DNA of 55,819 nt from Octopus sinensis (taxonomy: Eukaryota), in contig NW_021835779.1 of NCBI RefSeq assembly GCF_006345805.1, positions 1-55,819 of the forward strand, in the 5' to 3' direction. The translations under genes and the position numbers were made by a program. The notes beneath the pieces were generated by a model. The model worked only from the letters and a program-made list of their open reading frames with translations, ran no database searches and was not told where the DNA came from. Positions 52,301-55,819 of this stretch are shown in pieces (position 1 is the stretch's first letter; every line of letters begins with the position of its first letter).

Positions 52301-52894
52301 GTAGGGAGAAAGAGAATTAGAAAGAAAAAGGTTTCGCACATATGTACACCAATATTAACATTTAAAAAAAAAAAGTATCAGCACCCAGGTTCACACGTGC
52401 TTGCATAAAACAATGTATGCGCAACAGATCGCAGCAAGATCGATAGAATTATGGCAGAAACGTAGCTTAAGATTTGTAACTATTCAATTTTGATGTAGTA
52501 GCTTTATGATTTAGTTGTTATTCTAGAATGAAACGTGAGAAGACTCTAGGTCATTGTTGACATCAGTAACAATTGTTACGTTATAAAGTAAGTCTCACAA
52601 CAAACGGTCACGTTAACTCAACAAATAGAACGTTCAACATTGAAATATCTTATGAGGAGAAGGTGTCGAGGTATGACTATCTTGTCTTTGCAGAGGGTGA
52701 ATAATGTTTTGATATTATAATACTGAGCTTCACCATTTCTTGCTTACATGAAAATGATTTTTGTGGTATTGAGTGGGGAGTGTGATAATAGGAATAGTAA
52801 TATATTAGCCATGAGAGACAGCAACAAACATCAGCTAAAGTGATTACAGAATGGAGGGCAACCTTGGAATGATAAATGACGCGAGGTTATAAGA

Positions 52895-53345
52895 TAGGCG
52901 CAACGTGGCTGTATGGTAAGAATCTTGTTTCCCAACAACATGGATCCGGGTTCAGTCCCACTACGTGAAACTTTGGGCAAGTATTTTCTACTATAGCCTC
53001 GGGCCGACCAAAGACTTGTGAGTGGCTTTTGTAGACGGAGGCTGAAAGAAGCCTGTTCTATATGTGTATATTTGTGTGTGTGTCTATATTTGTATCCCCC
53101 ATCATCGCTTGAAAACCGGTATAGTTGTGCTTACGTATCCGTAAATTAGCGGTTCGGCAAAAGAAACCGATAGAATAAGTACTGGGCTTTCAAAGAACGT
53201 CCAGGGATCGATTTCCTCGAATAAAGGCGGTGCTCCACTATCGCCGCTGTCGAATTATTTTCTGCTCTAGGCACACGGTCCAACATGGCCGCAGTCAAAT
53301 GACTGAAACAAGTAAAAGAATGAAAAAATAAAAGAATAAAAGAAT
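52895..53345 (+). mobile_element. OR2-like SINE
   Basis: GGCGCAACGTGGCTGTATGGTAAG...GGCCGCAGTCAAATGACTGAAACAAGTAAAAGAA. Confidence 0.88.
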
Positions 53346-53404
53346 AAAAGAACTGATTGGAATAAATATTTCTACGAGTAACATCACATTGAAGAGTGGA
53401 ACGT

Positions 53405-53516
53405 ACAATTTCTTATGATTCAGATTGCCTGATGGTCCCAGCAGACAAAATGGAAGAAGCGTTCCCCCGGAGGATGTCCAAGGAGATGTGCTATAGATGG
53501 CTATATCGAAGGGATG
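53405..53516 (-). pseudogene. Possible C-terminus of an RLE-type (CRE-like) non-LTR element
   Basis: Minus frame SHL*HISLDILRGNASSILSAGT resembles the ...IS.A.QRGNA.SIL motif. Confidence 0.4.
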
Positions 53517-53518
53517 TA

Positions 53519-54695
53519 TCAGGTCATCCCATAAGTTCTTTCCAATTTATCATTTTTTTAAAATGAATGAAATTTAATAGTATTTTAGAATGTCTAATGG
53601 AATTTTAAAAAATTTTAATGCATTTGTATACATTTAAACTAATTAAATATTATTTTACAGAATAATAGAATTTAAATTTCTTTGATTAAAACCCTTTCTA
53701 ACATGGAAGTATCCAAAGAGCATTTAAGGTGCATAATATTTCATCAGTACAAAAAAAAGGAAACTCTGCAGCCGAAGCAACTCGAAACATACACTCAGTT
53801 TATGGCACAGAATGCTTGGATGAAATAACTTGCAGAAGATGGTTTTCAAAATTCAGAGGAGGAGATTTCAGCCTTGAAGAGGAAGATCCAAGAGGGCGTC
53901 CAGTTGAGTTTGATTACTTGAAGAAAATCCTGCATTATCAGTTGAACAATTGGCAATAAAGCTTAGTTAAAACCATACAACAGTTCATCGTCACCTTCAA
54001 CAACTTGGAAAGGTTCCTAAACTTGGAAAATGAGCGCTTCATGAATTGTCCGAAAGCAACCGCAAATCCCGAGTTGACATCTGCTCTTCTCTCCATTCTC
54101 GCCAACTCATTTCACCCTTTTTAGATAGACTTGTGACTGGTGACGAAAAATGGATCTTCTATCGAAATGTTAAACGTCGTAAACAGTGGCTTGGTAAAAG
54201 AGAAAAAGCTCAACCACAACCGAGAAGGGAACTTCATGGGGAAAAGGTTCTTCTCTCTATGTGGTGGAATTGCAAAGGAGTAATTTACTTTGAATTGTTA
54301 CCACCTAATGCAACAATCAATGCTCAAGTCTACTGTCTGCATTTAGAGCGTTTGAACCAAGGTTTGTAGAAAAATAGACCCGCTTTAGTGAATCGAAAAG
54401 GAGTGATTTTTCATCAGGACAATGCGCGACCCCACACTTCAAAAATCACATAACAGAAGATCGAAGAGCTTAGTTGGGAAAAATATTCCTCATCCATCTT
54501 ATTCTTCCGACCTTGCTCCTTCACACTGCCATTTGTTTCGTAGTTTACAGAATCATTTGGAGGACATAAGTTTCACAAACCAGGAAGAGGTCGAAACTAA
54601 CATTTGAGAGTTCTTCGCTTTGAAACGAAAAGAGTTTTACATTGATGAGATTAAAAAGCTTATAAATAGATGGAAGGAAGTCATAGATAAACATT
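53519..54695 (+). mobile_element. mariner (DD34D) transposon, pseudogenised and lacking the right TIR
   Basis: TA|TCAGGTCATCCCATAAG left end; ATG at 53703 (MEVSKEH); motifs GDFSLEEE, VTGDEKW, HQDNARPH and PSYSSDLAPS; several stops and frameshifts. Confidence 0.93.
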
Positions 54696-55034
54696 TCACA
54701 GATCACGTGATCAGACATTTGCATAGATAGTCATAAACGCACTTTTATGCAAGCTTTCAAAAAGCTATACATTCACACACCCTTTCGTAAATACATAAAA
54801 CTCCAGGTCACCTATATTAATATTCAACAAACACACGCATAAACTTCATACAGAGATCCTTATTGACAAACACACAAAACTAGACTCAACAGAAAGACAT
54901 AAAATAAACTCTTAAAAAAAAACACATAGACACTCCCAAACATAAAAATATAAGCAAACGAGAAGCTCAGATATAATACAAAACATCATACGTTTTACAA
55001 CTAAGCATAAAATGTCTCGCAGTGATGCATCTGT

Positions 55035-55068
<34 letters not shown>

Positions 55069-55227
55069 TCTCTCTCTCTTACACACACATTCTCTCTCTC
55101 TCATTCTCTCTCTCTCTTTCTCTCTCTCTCTCGCTCTCTCACTTCTAATTTGTATTCGTAGTAAAAATATATATATTATTCTTTTGCGTGTTTCGGTCAG
55201 TTGACAGCGGCCATGCTGGAGTACCGC

Positions 55228-55819
55228 ATTTATTTGGTCCAAAAAACGGTTCATTCGTGAGACTTGACAGCAAAGAAGAGAACACATTCATTCTCTGCTC
55301 GCGATTAGACTCGGGAAGTTGGTGAAGAACCCATTGACCCAATTTGCTGACTATTCCGATAGCACGCAGATGTCGATGAATGGTTGAATGGTCAAATTCA
55401 AGCTTCCCTGCTAGTTTCTCAACAGTTACGATGGGATTTTGTTCCACCAAGTTTTGCAGGATGTCCTCAGAGAGCGCTACAGATCTTCCAGGACGAGACT
55501 CGTCTTCTAGGCTGTAGTTTCCGGCTCGGAATTTCTGGAACCACCATTGACATTGGCTTACGCTTATTTGTCCGATCCCCATATACAGCATTAATATTCC
55601 CCCACTTTCCGTTGCGTTGTGGCCTTCATTGAAGTCATAAAGCAAAATATCCCTTGTCACTTCCATTATAGCTTTGAAACGACAACTGTAAAAATCGAAA
55701 TGCACTCATCAAAACTTGTACTAAGAATAAGTACAAGGTAAAGTTAATACCTACTTTTAAAGTAAATTGATGCAGGTAGTATATCCCTTCCCCATCCGAC
55801 TTTTAATTCATGCAATAGA
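55228..55819 (-). mobile_element. Second mariner, 5' portion (HTH region), truncated at a SINE fragment
   Basis: MEVTRDILLYDF...QWWFQKFRAGNYSLEDESRPGRS...STIHRHLRAIGIVSKLGQWVLHQL; ATG at 55666. Confidence 0.9.

Overview
This is AT-rich animal genomic DNA, most likely Octopus or another coleoid cephalopod, inferred from the SINE families and microsatellite load. No intact host gene is recognisable. Nearly all long ORFs in the track are microsatellite or minisatellite artefacts. The window contains simple repeats, dozens of tRNA-derived SINEs (Nin/Deu-type, CORE/OR2-type and a modular two-head family), and decayed Tc1/mariner, maT, hAT, Helitron, RTE, CRE-like and Penelope-like fragments. The main hidden signal is a cluster of about 9 type I hammerhead-ribozyme (HHR) motifs between 36.4 and 48.2 kb, from at least 6 unrelated small elements. 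These include: (i) a 353-nt unit with a perfect 53-nt terminal redundancy and an extended HHR (44267-44672), the architecture of a retrozyme/circRNA-derived insertion; (ii) a 342-bp palindrome carrying one HHR on each strand (40232-40573); and (iii) an HHR cassette with a 13-bp TSD and 30-bp inverted repeat inserted in a hAT transposase. A Penelope-type RT fragment (YRDDGL) lies at 23.3 kb. Also notable are a 45-bp minisatellite with 3-mer higher-order structure that arose inside a SINE, and a head-by-tail shuffling matrix among SINEs. All folds were done by eye and no database search was run.
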